Shown here: one piece after another, positions 19,998-28,983 of the stretch
Layout: each line of letters starts with the position of its first letter
Position numbering within the stretch: the stretch's first letter is position 1
NCBI GenBank assembly: GCA_048884785.1
Contig: JBHLQM010000003.1
Location: forward strand, 70,813-134,812
Direction: 5' to 3'
From: Candidatus Thorarchaeota archaeon
GTDB lineage: Archaea; Asgardarchaeota; Thorarchaeia; Thorarchaeales; Thorarchaeaceae
Length of the DNA stretch: 64,000 nt
Notes under the pieces: generated by a model
The model's database searches: none
Seen by the model: the letters and a program-made list of their open reading frames with translations, nothing else
Told to the model about the DNA's origin: nothing
Position numbers and translations under genes: made by a program

Positions 19998-20432
19998 CTC
20001 GATTAAGATTCTTCCACAAACTGCACAAAGCATCGGCTTGGATTTGAATACAGTCCCACATTCGCAGACGGTTTCAATTCCATCTGGAGGAGCAATATCA
20101 GCGCTTTTCCGAATTTGCTTGAATGCAAGAACAAGTGGGAGAGCTGCTATCAGAGAAATAAGGGAGCTGACTGTGCCTGATACGAACATTAGCAGAAGGA
20201 CGTAATTTCTATCGGCCATAGCCCAAAACGAGGGATCCTGTAGCAACATACCCGAAAGAGAAAGAATTCCCAAAATCACGCCTACATAAACTAGTGAGCG
20301 AACCTGATTCCACTCTGAACGAGCAAAAGGTGCTGTAATGATGCCAACACAAAACCAAAGCAAAACTATACGAATTGACTGGACACCAGCAAGAAGAATT
20401 CCAGGTGTTTCCACAAGGGTTTCTGCCCCCAC
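19962..20432 (-). CDS. integral membrane protein with C-terminal zinc ribbon
   Basis: 156 aa with hydrophobic segments followed by CECGTVFKSKPMLCAVCGR. GTG start. The frame stays open for 45 further hydrophobic codons upstream (see findings). Confidence 0.55.
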   Translation of the reverse strand: MGAETLVETPGILLAGVQSIRIVLLWFCVGIITAPFARSEWNQVRSLVYVGVILGILSLSGMLLQDPSFWAMADRNYVLLLMFVSGTVSSLISLIAALPLVLAFKQIRKSADIAPPDGIETVCECGTVFKSKPMLCAVCGRILIESPSLSTDAASE

Positions 20433-20749
20433 AAAAAGAAAGGCGATGGAATCGAATGGGATTGGAAATCCGCCGAGCGTCTCTGGAATGATTAGATTCG
20501 ATAGTCCTGCGCCAGCTATTGCTCCTATAATGCCTGCAATCAGATTTCTCAGTTCACATACACCTCTTCAAATCCAGATTGGTCTGTACTACAAGAGCTC
20601 TTAATGGTATCTGACCAATGTATATGCGTAGCGGCGTATTGAATCGCATTGAGAGAGAACCACACAACCGCAATGCTTTTCAAAGGTTCTCGAAAAATAA
20701 CCTATGCGCGCAAGTCCGCTAGTCGTTAGAGACCGTGAGGCAGGATAGT

Positions 20750-21721
20750 ATGTCAGCAGATTTAGAGCGAGCATTGTCAAAACTCAGATTTGACGAACAA
20801 GTACTAGGTTACTCTCTTATGACAAAACAGGGACGGCCATTTGTAAGTTTCGCATTTCCTGATGAATTGTTTCCTCGTGTGAAGGATTCAATTAGTCTTT
20901 ACAAGACCGATCTACGACTCATGACAATTGACACCGAACAAGGATTGGTTGTTTTATCCCCTGTTGATGATAACTGGATTCTGACGGTTCTCTATGTCCC
21001 TGAGCTTCAACTGGGTCTTGCTATTGCTAAGACCAAGAATGTTCTCAGGCTTCTAGAAGGTGTTGAGCTGCCGCCTCCGCCTGATGAGTTTGAAGAATCA
21101 GCGGAAACCAATTTACAAGTTCTGGAGAGCATTGCCATAAAAGCTGCATCGACAGCCGCAGAGGAAGCAACCATGGCACCTCTAAAGCCTGCCGAAGTAG
21201 TACCTCCAGAGCCAAAGCACGTAGAAAAATCTCCTGATGATTTCATAATTACCTCAAGCACGGTTCCTATGAGAGGCTCTACATATTCCAATTCCCTATC
21301 CTTGGATTCTGACCTATATAATCAAATGAAGGCAAAATACAGGAACTTCGGATTTGATGTTCTAATGCTTGTGGATGGAAATATGGGCATTGTGGATATT
21401 GCAGATAGTATGTTCCAGCCAACTGAAAGAGTGATTGAGTGTCTCAAGTGGGCGGCATCAAAAGGTATTGTCGATGTTCCATCTGCAGCGGTGCCCTCTG
21501 GAGAAGCACCGAAAACGAGGACTGGTCGTTTTGTGAAATGCCCTAAGTTTGAAGGAGATGTATCTCGAGTGGATGGCGATGATGCAAAAATCTTGAAGCT
21601 TTGTAATGGCTCAAGATCCACTGAAGACATTGCCAAAACTGCTGGAGTCCAACAATCTCAAGTGATCAGTGTGCTTGCCAAGTATCGCAAGGACATTAAG
21701 ATGATTGGCAAAACTATCTAA
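20750..21721 (+). CDS. Roadblock/LC7-like domain protein with linker and winged-helix-like segments (copy 2)
   Basis: Its N-terminal ~105 aa align without gaps to copy 1 (DLERALSKLRFDEQVLGYSLMTKQGRPFVSFAFPDELFP...VELPPPP). An Ala/Glu/Pro linker and C-terminal HTH-like AKILKLCNGSRSTEDIAKTAGV follow. I chose ATG 20750 over GTG 20735. Confidence 0.6.
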   Translation: MSADLERALSKLRFDEQVLGYSLMTKQGRPFVSFAFPDELFPRVKDSISLYKTDLRLMTIDTEQGLVVLSPVDDNWILTVLYVPELQLGLAIAKTKNVLRLLEGVELPPPPDEFEESAETNLQVLESIAIKAASTAAEEATMAPLKPAEVVPPEPKHVEKSPDDFIITSSTVPMRGSTYSNSLSLDSDLYNQMKAKYRNFGFDVLMLVDGNMGIVDIADSMFQPTERVIECLKWAASKGIVDVPSAAVPSGEAPKTRTGRFVKCPKFEGDVSRVDGDDAKILKLCNGSRSTEDIAKTAGVQQSQVISVLAKYRKDIKMIGKTI

Positions 21722-21742
21722 TACACTGGAGGTCTTTTCCTC

Positions 21743-22216
21743 ATGCCTAAAGTTGAGAATCCATTGCTGCTTACCATATATACTCACATGGTTGAGAAAA
21801 TCCTGGGGGAAACGAATAACATTGAAGAGGCGAATGAACATCTTCGAGGCGTAGGGCGTGAAATCGGGTCGCATCTCTATCTTAATACTGAGATAGCGGA
21901 TAAAACCAAGGATACAATCAATACACGTGAGGATGTAGCAAAGCTCGTGGATGTTGTATACAAAGTACTCTATGAAAAGAAACCTCAAGATGTCGATATG
22001 GACTCTGCAAGAGGTTCAATCCGCGTGAGCGACAGGAACTGCGTGTGGTGCCAAGAAGTGTCTCTTGAAGGGATGAGAGGATTTGGCTACTGTGAGATAT
22101 TCAGTGGCATCATGGAGGCGATTCTGGAATTCAAAGGGGTTCAAGCAAAAGTATTCCAAGAAATGAGTCGAGCCACTGGATCTGATTTGTGTGTGTGGAA
22201 CATCCGGCTAGCGTAA
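21743..22216 (+). CDS. V4R-domain protein (Bet3-related fold), copy 2
   Basis: 157 aa with SDRNCVWCQEV...YCEIFSGIMEAILEFKG...FQEMSRATGSDLCVWNI. Confidence 0.65.
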   Translation: MPKVENPLLLTIYTHMVEKILGETNNIEEANEHLRGVGREIGSHLYLNTEIADKTKDTINTREDVAKLVDVVYKVLYEKKPQDVDMDSARGSIRVSDRNCVWCQEVSLEGMRGFGYCEIFSGIMEAILEFKGVQAKVFQEMSRATGSDLCVWNIRLA

Positions 22217-22290
22217 TGCACTCCTATATATCTGCATAAAGCACATATTCAGCACTGTAGAACTGAGTTCCGCTAGTCAGGTGAACATGA

Positions 22291-22839
22291 ATGTCCAAGC
22301 AAGAAGATGTTATTCCATGGTGGCACGGGAAGCTGAAAGAAAGAGATTTGATGCGTGCATTCTTTTCTAAGACTTGGAACAAAATAGGAAGTCGAATCGC
22401 TGTTATGTTCCCGGACCGAGTTCGAGACCTGTACTACAGTGCGGGACGTTTAGCTGGCCTTGAAGCACAGCGTGAATATTTCAAGATTGGCAAGCAAAAA
22501 CCGCCGGGGGATTTCAAGGGGATTATTGAGTTCATAAAAATGTCATTGGAAACCCTCATTGTCCCCTTTGGTGACATCAAGATTGCCAAACTATACAAAC
22601 TCTGGCTAGATGAAGAAGCAATCATCGAAATCAAAGATAATCCATATGCAGAAGGAATCGAGAGTCCGGAGCCTTCATGTTATTTTCTGAAAGGATTCGT
22701 AGAATCTGTACTTGAGTATCTCACTGATTACAACAGAATTGAATATGAGACTCTCAATGTGACCGAAGATAGCTGTATTTCGACAGGGAAGGACCTTTGC
22801 TCATTCCATATCAAACTTAGCTATCCGCCAAAAGGTTAA
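22291..22839 (+). CDS. divergent V4R-like protein
   Basis: 182 aa with the C-terminal ...SCYFLKGFVESVLEYL...EDSCISTGKDLCSFHIKL. It keeps the G...E..C..G.D.C.F core but lacks the first CxxC. Confidence 0.5.
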   Translation: MSKQEDVIPWWHGKLKERDLMRAFFSKTWNKIGSRIAVMFPDRVRDLYYSAGRLAGLEAQREYFKIGKQKPPGDFKGIIEFIKMSLETLIVPFGDIKIAKLYKLWLDEEAIIEIKDNPYAEGIESPEPSCYFLKGFVESVLEYLTDYNRIEYETLNVTEDSCISTGKDLCSFHIKLSYPPKG

Positions 22840-22918
22840 TGCATATAGTACAGATTTACTACAAACATAGCGCCTATAAATAAACGAAAACTAACACATC
22901 GGTAGGTGCAAGGAAAAA

Positions 22919-23665
22919 ATGGCAAAGAAGAAACTATTGCTCGTGCTAGTTCTTTCTCTAGTCACATCAGGCATCGTCAGTTTCTTCATCTTTAACACTT
23001 TTTCTACAAATGCTGATATGGCAGTTAGAGATTTATCACTTTCAATGGGTGAGAATCAAGTCACTCTTGATCTTCAAATACTCTCTGCGCCATTTAGTTC
23101 TGGAACATCAGTATTGTTTCCCGGAATTCTAACAGAGGTCTTCTCTCCATCTACGATTTTCACACTTGCAATTGGAACTGTTGTTATTGATCGTCGTGGC
23201 GAGGAGCGTGCACCAAAGCTTAGAGATACTATTCTTAGTGAGATTCAGCAGAATCCTGGTATTCATCTCCGTGAGCTTCAGAGACTTGTTGGGTGTGCGA
23301 TGGGTGCCTTGCAGTACCACTTGAGGTACTTGGAGTCTGACGGTGAAGTGACATCAACGAAAGTGGGTAATTCAAAACATTTCTTTCCCTCTGATTACTC
23401 CTCAAGCGATGATGTTCTCAAGGTAAGTGCAATGTCTAGGAATCCTACCATTCGAACAATCCTTTCGGAGGTAATGTCGAAGGGCCGTGTGACTCAGGCT
23501 GAATTAAGCCGTACAATGTCACTGGACAAGAGCCTAATCTCGTATTATACTAGCAGTCTGCTAAAAGCCGATGTGCTAAACACAGTACGAGTATTTGGAC
23601 GTGAACGTCCACTTGTAATGTCGGAGTGGGCGCATTCAATTATACAGAATATGGCTCTGGTATAG
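22919..23665 (+). CDS. membrane-anchored protein with two ArsR-like winged-helix domains
   Basis: 248 aa with the N-terminal TM LLLVLVLSLVTSGIVSFFIF. Two wHTH units follow: ILSEIQQNPGIHLRELQRLVGCAMGALQYHLRYLESDGEV and ILSEVMSKGRVTQAELSRTMSLDKSLISYYTSSLLKADVL. Confidence 0.6.
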   Translation: MAKKKLLLVLVLSLVTSGIVSFFIFNTFSTNADMAVRDLSLSMGENQVTLDLQILSAPFSSGTSVLFPGILTEVFSPSTIFTLAIGTVVIDRRGEERAPKLRDTILSEIQQNPGIHLRELQRLVGCAMGALQYHLRYLESDGEVTSTKVGNSKHFFPSDYSSSDDVLKVSAMSRNPTIRTILSEVMSKGRVTQAELSRTMSLDKSLISYYTSSLLKADVLNTVRVFGRERPLVMSEWAHSIIQNMALV

Positions 23666-23786
23666 ACAGATAGGCATACCCTCATGTTTATCTTAGCCTC
23701 GGCTGATACGACCCTATCTGAGGCGATTTGAAGGCAGAGTGTCTTTACCAGAGCAGCTATTATCTTTGAATTGGGAGTGAAATAAA

Positions 23787-24551
23787 ATGGATGATGATTC
23801 AATACTTGGACCTGATGAAACAGTATATGATTATGATGAGGATGAGATCTCTGAGTATTCACCTGAAGAGGTCAAATTCTCTGTTCGCTTGATCGACGTG
23901 TCTCGAAAATACAATCTTGGGAGGAGAACTATTGATGCTCTGGAACGAGTTTCTCTGGAGGTAAAACCCGGAGAGTTCGTGGTTATTTCAGGCCATTCGG
24001 GTTCTGGAAAGACAACCCTCTTGAACATGATTGGTGCAATCGACTACGCAACTGAAGGACGTGTATTTGTCATGGATGTTCCCATTGGAGATTATGATGA
24101 AACATTCAGGGCGAACTTCCGTCTCAATAATACAGGCTTCATTTTCCAGAGCTACAATCTTGTGTCAACACTTACAGCCTTGGAGAATGTTATGTTTCCA
24201 ATGCAGCTTACTGATGCGCCGCGGAAGGAGCTTCAACAAGAGGCAGAGATACTTCTTACTAGAGTCAATTTATCTGATAGAATGGACCACTTGCCTTGGC
24301 AGCTCAGCTCTGGCGAACAACAACGCGTTGCTGTGGCTCGGGCAATGGCAAATGATCCTCCGATTATTCTGGCCGATGAACCTACAGCTAATCTAGACTT
24401 GGATTCTGCAAAAATGATTCGAGAGATCTTTGCTTCTTTGAATAAAGAAGGCAAGACCTTGATTGTGATGACACATGATGAACAGATCATGAATCTTCCG
24501 GGCACTAGGCATCTGAAAATGACAAAAGGAGTGCTGAAGGAGAATGCCTGA
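23787..24551 (+). CDS. ABC transporter ATP-binding protein (MacB/LolD-like)
   Basis: Walker A GHSGSGKTT, Q-loop, signature LSSGEQQRVAVARA, and Walker B ILADEPT. Has an acidic ~30-aa N-terminal extension. Confidence 0.85.
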   Translation: MDDDSILGPDETVYDYDEDEISEYSPEEVKFSVRLIDVSRKYNLGRRTIDALERVSLEVKPGEFVVISGHSGSGKTTLLNMIGAIDYATEGRVFVMDVPIGDYDETFRANFRLNNTGFIFQSYNLVSTLTALENVMFPMQLTDAPRKELQQEAEILLTRVNLSDRMDHLPWQLSSGEQQRVAVARAMANDPPIILADEPTANLDLDSAKMIREIFASLNKEGKTLIVMTHDEQIMNLPGTRHLKMTKGVLKENA

Positions 24552-26394
24552 ACAAGACTATGCATCTCAGGACCTCAAACGCCGTCCATTCAGAACCTCA
24601 ATCGTTCTCATCTCACTGACAACTGTTGTTGCGAGTACCACATTTCTGTTTCTCTTTTCTAATGTAATGTTGGGTGTTACAACTTCACTGACTAGCTCTG
24701 GATTGAGTTCTGTGCTTACCGTATTCTTTGACACATTCATATGGGCTACACTGCTGCTGGTCCTTTTAATGGGGGTTGCCGTTGCATCGAGTAATCTATC
24801 CTTGGAGATTGAGAGTCGAAGAAGGGATATTGGCTTGATGAAGTCAATTGGCACATTAATGGACACCATATACGATCATTTCATGGCACAGGCTGTAATT
24901 CTGCTTCTAGGAGGTATTGTACTAGGAATTGCCTTGGGAACTCTATTGTATTTTCTTGGTCTCCTATGGATTGCATTTTCATTAACTGGAGTCCAGTTTG
25001 TTTTCTACTTCCCAGTACTGCAAATTGCGGTGCTGGTTGGTATTCTGCTGTTTGCAGGGTATTTTGCAGCTCAGAAGCCTATCTATGATGCAGTGCACGA
25101 ATCGCCTATTTCAGCATTAAATCCAGAGATTGGAATGAAAGTTCGCCGTGTTGGGTATTTGGATACCTTTGGTCTCCCTTTCAAAATGGCTACCAAAGGA
25201 ACAGGTCGGAGAATGCGAGGTACAAGACGGACGATTCTCACTCTATTTCTTAGCTTCACATTAGCCTCTGTGCTTTGGATTGGGGGTGGAGTCGTTGAAA
25301 CAACAATGGATGCATATATTGTTCGGTCAATGGGTGAAAATATCATTGCCATAGGGTCCCCTGACCTGCTCGACCAATATTATGATGCATATTCTCTCAC
25401 TGGAACACCATTAAACGCATCCTTCAGCTTTCTAGAAAGCTCTGATATTATTCCCTCGGAACTCATTACTGAACTCGAAGGCGAATCAGATATTGTAAAT
25501 ATCGAATCGAGGTTAGTTGACTATACTACAGTATCTGAAGGAGCCGCCGTAATTTGGAATCCAACACTTGAGCAATATGAACGCATTGGAGGAGACCGCG
25601 CTGATTCTGCTTTGATTGTTGGCATCGACTGGCAAACTACGGTGTCTAATTGGTATTTCGAGGGAACTGAAATCGATGAGCAAACAGAGGTATGGCTTGG
25701 TGGTGGCATAGCCACAACACTCTTCGAGGATCCACTGGTTCAGTCACTTGGTGTGAGAGGAACATCTTTTGATGTAGAGGCAATTGCGTTTGATATTGGC
25801 AATGGAGGCATGGTTGCATTTGTGCCCATAGAAACACTGCAGAATCTCTACGGTGTCGATGGAGGTAATCTTCTATTAGTCCAACTTAATAGATACTCGG
25901 AAGACATCTTCTCAACAATTGAAGCTATTGCCAATGATTATGGATTTTCTGCATTCAATCAGCAGGAAGTGCTAAACTCCAATCTCAGTATTATCGCCGC
26001 ATACTGGAATTTAATGCAACCCATCCCTATAATGGCATTAATCGGAGCTTTTCTGAATTTGATGTATTATCTGCTAATATCAATATTCAGCAGATTCAGA
26101 GACTATGTTATTATGAGGTCTGTTGGAGCAAAACCTTCGTTCATTGCAAAGACTATGATGGCTGAGGGTATTGATATTGGGCTGAAAGCTGGGATTCCTG
26201 CCATATTCACCGCGATAGTCTTCAGTCTATTCTTTCTAGTGCCTGAAGCAGCTATCCCGACATTAGCTTACATCCCAATATCAGCGGCAATTGTGCTGGG
26301 CGCCCTGCTGTTGGTTATAGCACTATCATCCATTCCTGTCTACTTGCTATTCTCAAGTAAATCTGACCTCAGAGTGTCCGAATTCGCAGTCTAG
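24544..26394 (+). CDS. ABC transporter permease, FtsX/MacB type with large extracytoplasmic domain
   Basis: 616 aa. An N-terminal 4-TM block, a ~250-aa soluble domain and a C-terminal 4-TM FtsX-like block. Overlaps the ATPase gene by 8 nt. Confidence 0.75.
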   Translation: MPEQDYASQDLKRRPFRTSIVLISLTTVVASTTFLFLFSNVMLGVTTSLTSSGLSSVLTVFFDTFIWATLLLVLLMGVAVASSNLSLEIESRRRDIGLMKSIGTLMDTIYDHFMAQAVILLLGGIVLGIALGTLLYFLGLLWIAFSLTGVQFVFYFPVLQIAVLVGILLFAGYFAAQKPIYDAVHESPISALNPEIGMKVRRVGYLDTFGLPFKMATKGTGRRMRGTRRTILTLFLSFTLASVLWIGGGVVETTMDAYIVRSMGENIIAIGSPDLLDQYYDAYSLTGTPLNASFSFLESSDIIPSELITELEGESDIVNIESRLVDYTTVSEGAAVIWNPTLEQYERIGGDRADSALIVGIDWQTTVSNWYFEGTEIDEQTEVWLGGGIATTLFEDPLVQSLGVRGTSFDVEAIAFDIGNGGMVAFVPIETLQNLYGVDGGNLLLVQLNRYSEDIFSTIEAIANDYGFSAFNQQEVLNSNLSIIAAYWNLMQPIPIMALIGAFLNLMYYLLISIFSRFRDYVIMRSVGAKPSFIAKTMMAEGIDIGLKAGIPAIFTAIVFSLFFLVPEAAIPTLAYIPISAAIVLGALLLVIALSSIPVYLLFSSKSDLRVSEFAV

Positions 26395-26492
26395 GAAAGG
26401 AATAGTGACAATGACTGGGCAAGATGAAGAGTTCTCACTACACAAAGACATTCTAGTAAAGCGCAACGACCTATCAGTCTAAGGGATGATGC

Positions 26493-28118
26493 CTAGATGT
26501 ATCGTTCAAGTGTCTTGATGATTGCCTTTGCTCCTATGGTGTAAATATAAGGTCCCAATTTCGGACCACGATCATCATTCAAGAGAATCCTATACAGTAT
26601 TGTGAAGAAGTCTCTAGGTTTGATATCATATTGACGTGCTGTTTCAAAGATGCCTGTCTGAATATCATCTGCACTGCTCGCCTCTTTTATTGCTTTAATG
26701 AGTGAAGCAATGGCAGTCTTCAGTTCTTCAGATAGTTCGACCTGAATCTCTTCAAGCTGTTTGAAATCCTTCACCCAATTCTCAGCATATTGAACTCTAT
26801 CTTCTATATCTTTCAAACCTCTGCCTTCCTGAAGATATCCATAATCCCTTAATCTAGATTCCACGAATTCTTCTCTGTTGACTTCTGGCGCAACAGATAG
26901 TAGATTCACTAATAGCGTGTATGGAACTTGAGTGGATCTTTCATCCGGGGGTTCAAGATGATGACAGTATTCAAACAAACCTGACAGTTTTCTCTTTCTT
27001 GCCTGATTTCCTTCTTTTATTCTTCCAAAATATATGTCCTCTAGGTAATCAAGCTCCCTCATGTAATTAGGAACGTCATCTACTGACAATGACCTGCTCC
27101 CTGTCATCCGCTTATATGTTAGAAGTGCTAGTGATTCAGCAGATCCATATCGGAACCACATCTGTGGAGTAAGTACGTTCCCCTTGGACTTCGAGATTTT
27201 AGAACCCCCCTTATCTAGAAACATCTCATATCTGGCATGTGTTGGCGGTTCATACTGAAATATTTCTTTGCAGATTCGATCATTGCAAATGACCGATTCA
27301 AAGATATCCTTTCCAAAGGCTTCAAAATCAATCTGCAATAGATCCCATCTCGCTGCGAATTCGACTTTCCACGTTAGTTTGCCTTCACCTTTCGCTACAT
27401 TTGCATAACCATGGTGGTTGCAGCCACCCAGAAGCTTTCCTCTAATTTCATCCCCTTCACAAAGATACTCAACGGTCTTTTTCTTTGCGTCATACGCTAT
27501 TGCTTTGGTAGTGTAGATTTTCCCACATTGTTTACAGATAGCATGATAGGGCAAGGTTGCTAGATACTTGTCTTGATTCGTTGTTTCCTTAATGATTTGA
27601 CCCGCCAGCTGCGCGCTGGAGAGCAGGGTATTTACTTGTTTGGTCATCTTTCCAGATGTATACAATTTGTAGGCAGACATGGCAGTAAATTCGATTCCAG
27701 CTTCGCGTATCGAGTCTATAAGTAGTGAAGACATGTGTTCTCCGTAGCTACCATGGCAACCCCAAGTATCAGGAATAGTTGAAACGGGTTTGCCTAGATG
27801 TTCTTTCAACTCAGCTGGGGTGCCAGCTGGAACTCTACGTAAGCCATCCATATCATCTGCGAAGGCAACATACTCCGCTGTCCTACCTACATCCTCCACT
27901 GCTAACTTGAACGCGTAAGCTCGCGACGCATCAGCAAATGAGCCTATGTGAGGGAATCCTGATGCACCCAGTCCACTTTCAGTTCTTATCACATCAGGAT
28001 GTTCACCAATAAGATTGTCTTTGCGGTTTATGACATCTAATGCTAGTTTGTCAATCCAAGTACCTCGACCAATGATTTCGTCTGAGTCTTCTTCTCCGAA
28101 ATCAAATCTATTAGTCAA
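26493..28118 (-). CDS. lysK: lysyl-tRNA synthetase, class I
   Basis: 541 aa with SGFPHIGSF (HIGH-like), a zinc-binding insertion CKQCGK...C..GGCNHHG, and KISKSKGN (KMSKS). Confidence 0.85.
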   Translation of the reverse strand: MTNRFDFGEEDSDEIIGRGTWIDKLALDVINRKDNLIGEHPDVIRTESGLGASGFPHIGSFADASRAYAFKLAVEDVGRTAEYVAFADDMDGLRRVPAGTPAELKEHLGKPVSTIPDTWGCHGSYGEHMSSLLIDSIREAGIEFTAMSAYKLYTSGKMTKQVNTLLSSAQLAGQIIKETTNQDKYLATLPYHAICKQCGKIYTTKAIAYDAKKKTVEYLCEGDEIRGKLLGGCNHHGYANVAKGEGKLTWKVEFAARWDLLQIDFEAFGKDIFESVICNDRICKEIFQYEPPTHARYEMFLDKGGSKISKSKGNVLTPQMWFRYGSAESLALLTYKRMTGSRSLSVDDVPNYMRELDYLEDIYFGRIKEGNQARKRKLSGLFEYCHHLEPPDERSTQVPYTLLVNLLSVAPEVNREEFVESRLRDYGYLQEGRGLKDIEDRVQYAENWVKDFKQLEEIQVELSEELKTAIASLIKAIKEASSADDIQTGIFETARQYDIKPRDFFTILYRILLNDDRGPKLGPYIYTIGAKAIIKTLERYI

Positions 28119-28262
28119 ATTAGCTCACCACTTTCAATCTATCTCAGTTATTCATTCTTTATAATAATAGTAGATAGTTTCTTTCATAGCATGGAAGGAA
28201 TTGCACAACACGTTTATTAACGGCATGAAAGTCGGCCAAAGTAGGCCCATGATGCTGGATTT

Positions 28263-28979
28263 GTGAGACTCATGCTCGGATCTTTAAGAGAACGCTACCA
28301 ACGTGCAATGATGCCAGTTGGGAAGGTGCTCGCTCGTACAGGTATAACTCCCAATATGATAACAGGATTAACAGTCGTTGTTGCACTAGTTTGTGCTTGG
28401 TTTTTCATTATGGGTGACCTCTTGATTGGTCTTCTGTTTATGATATTGACTGTTGTCATGGATATGTTCGATGGTGCTGTTGCGCGTGCATCAGGTCTCG
28501 CGTCAAAATTCGGTGCTACATTTGACCACACTCTAGACAGGTATGCAGAGTTTCTGTTCATGCTTGGACTTATGATGGGCCCAATTTACGTAGTATCTAT
28601 CCCATGGTGGCCATATTCTGCAGGAGATACATTTGTACCATGGTTCTGGGGGTTCTTCACACTCTTTGGCATGATAATGGCGAGCTTTGCACGTGCAAAG
28701 GCAGAGTCAGTTGGTGGAATGGAAAACTGCGCAGTTGGCATTGCCGAGCGGCAAGAGAAATTAATACTCACTATTGCAGGAATTCTGCTTCTGGCTATTC
28801 CAACCACGAATATATGGATGGATTTCCTTTACATGCTATCATCATCTGCAGTTCAGCTATTCGTTTTTCTGAACATAACCAACATTCTGACTCTGTTCAT
28901 AGTTATTGTGGGAATCCTTTCACATATTACTGTGGTTCAGCGATTAGTCTACGCCAAGAAAATGATTACACAAAAATGA
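28263..28979 (+). CDS. CDP-alcohol phosphatidyltransferase (archaetidylinositol phosphate synthase-like)
   Basis: 238 aa, multi-TM, with the motif DMFDGAVARASGLASKFGATFDHTLDRYAE (D-x2-DG-x2-AR...G-x3-D-x3-D). GTG start. Confidence 0.8.
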   Translation: MRLMLGSLRERYQRAMMPVGKVLARTGITPNMITGLTVVVALVCAWFFIMGDLLIGLLFMILTVVMDMFDGAVARASGLASKFGATFDHTLDRYAEFLFMLGLMMGPIYVVSIPWWPYSAGDTFVPWFWGFFTLFGMIMASFARAKAESVGGMENCAVGIAERQEKLILTIAGILLLAIPTTNIWMDFLYMLSSSAVQLFVFLNITNILTLFIVIVGILSHITVVQRLVYAKKMITQK

Positions 28980-28983
28980 GAGG

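Noticed and set aside
20338-20604. 88-aa plus-strand ORF between the membrane/zinc-ribbon gene and Roadblock copy 2
   Set aside because: It lies antisense to the open hydrophobic extension of the minus-strand gene, and its sequence is not protein-like.
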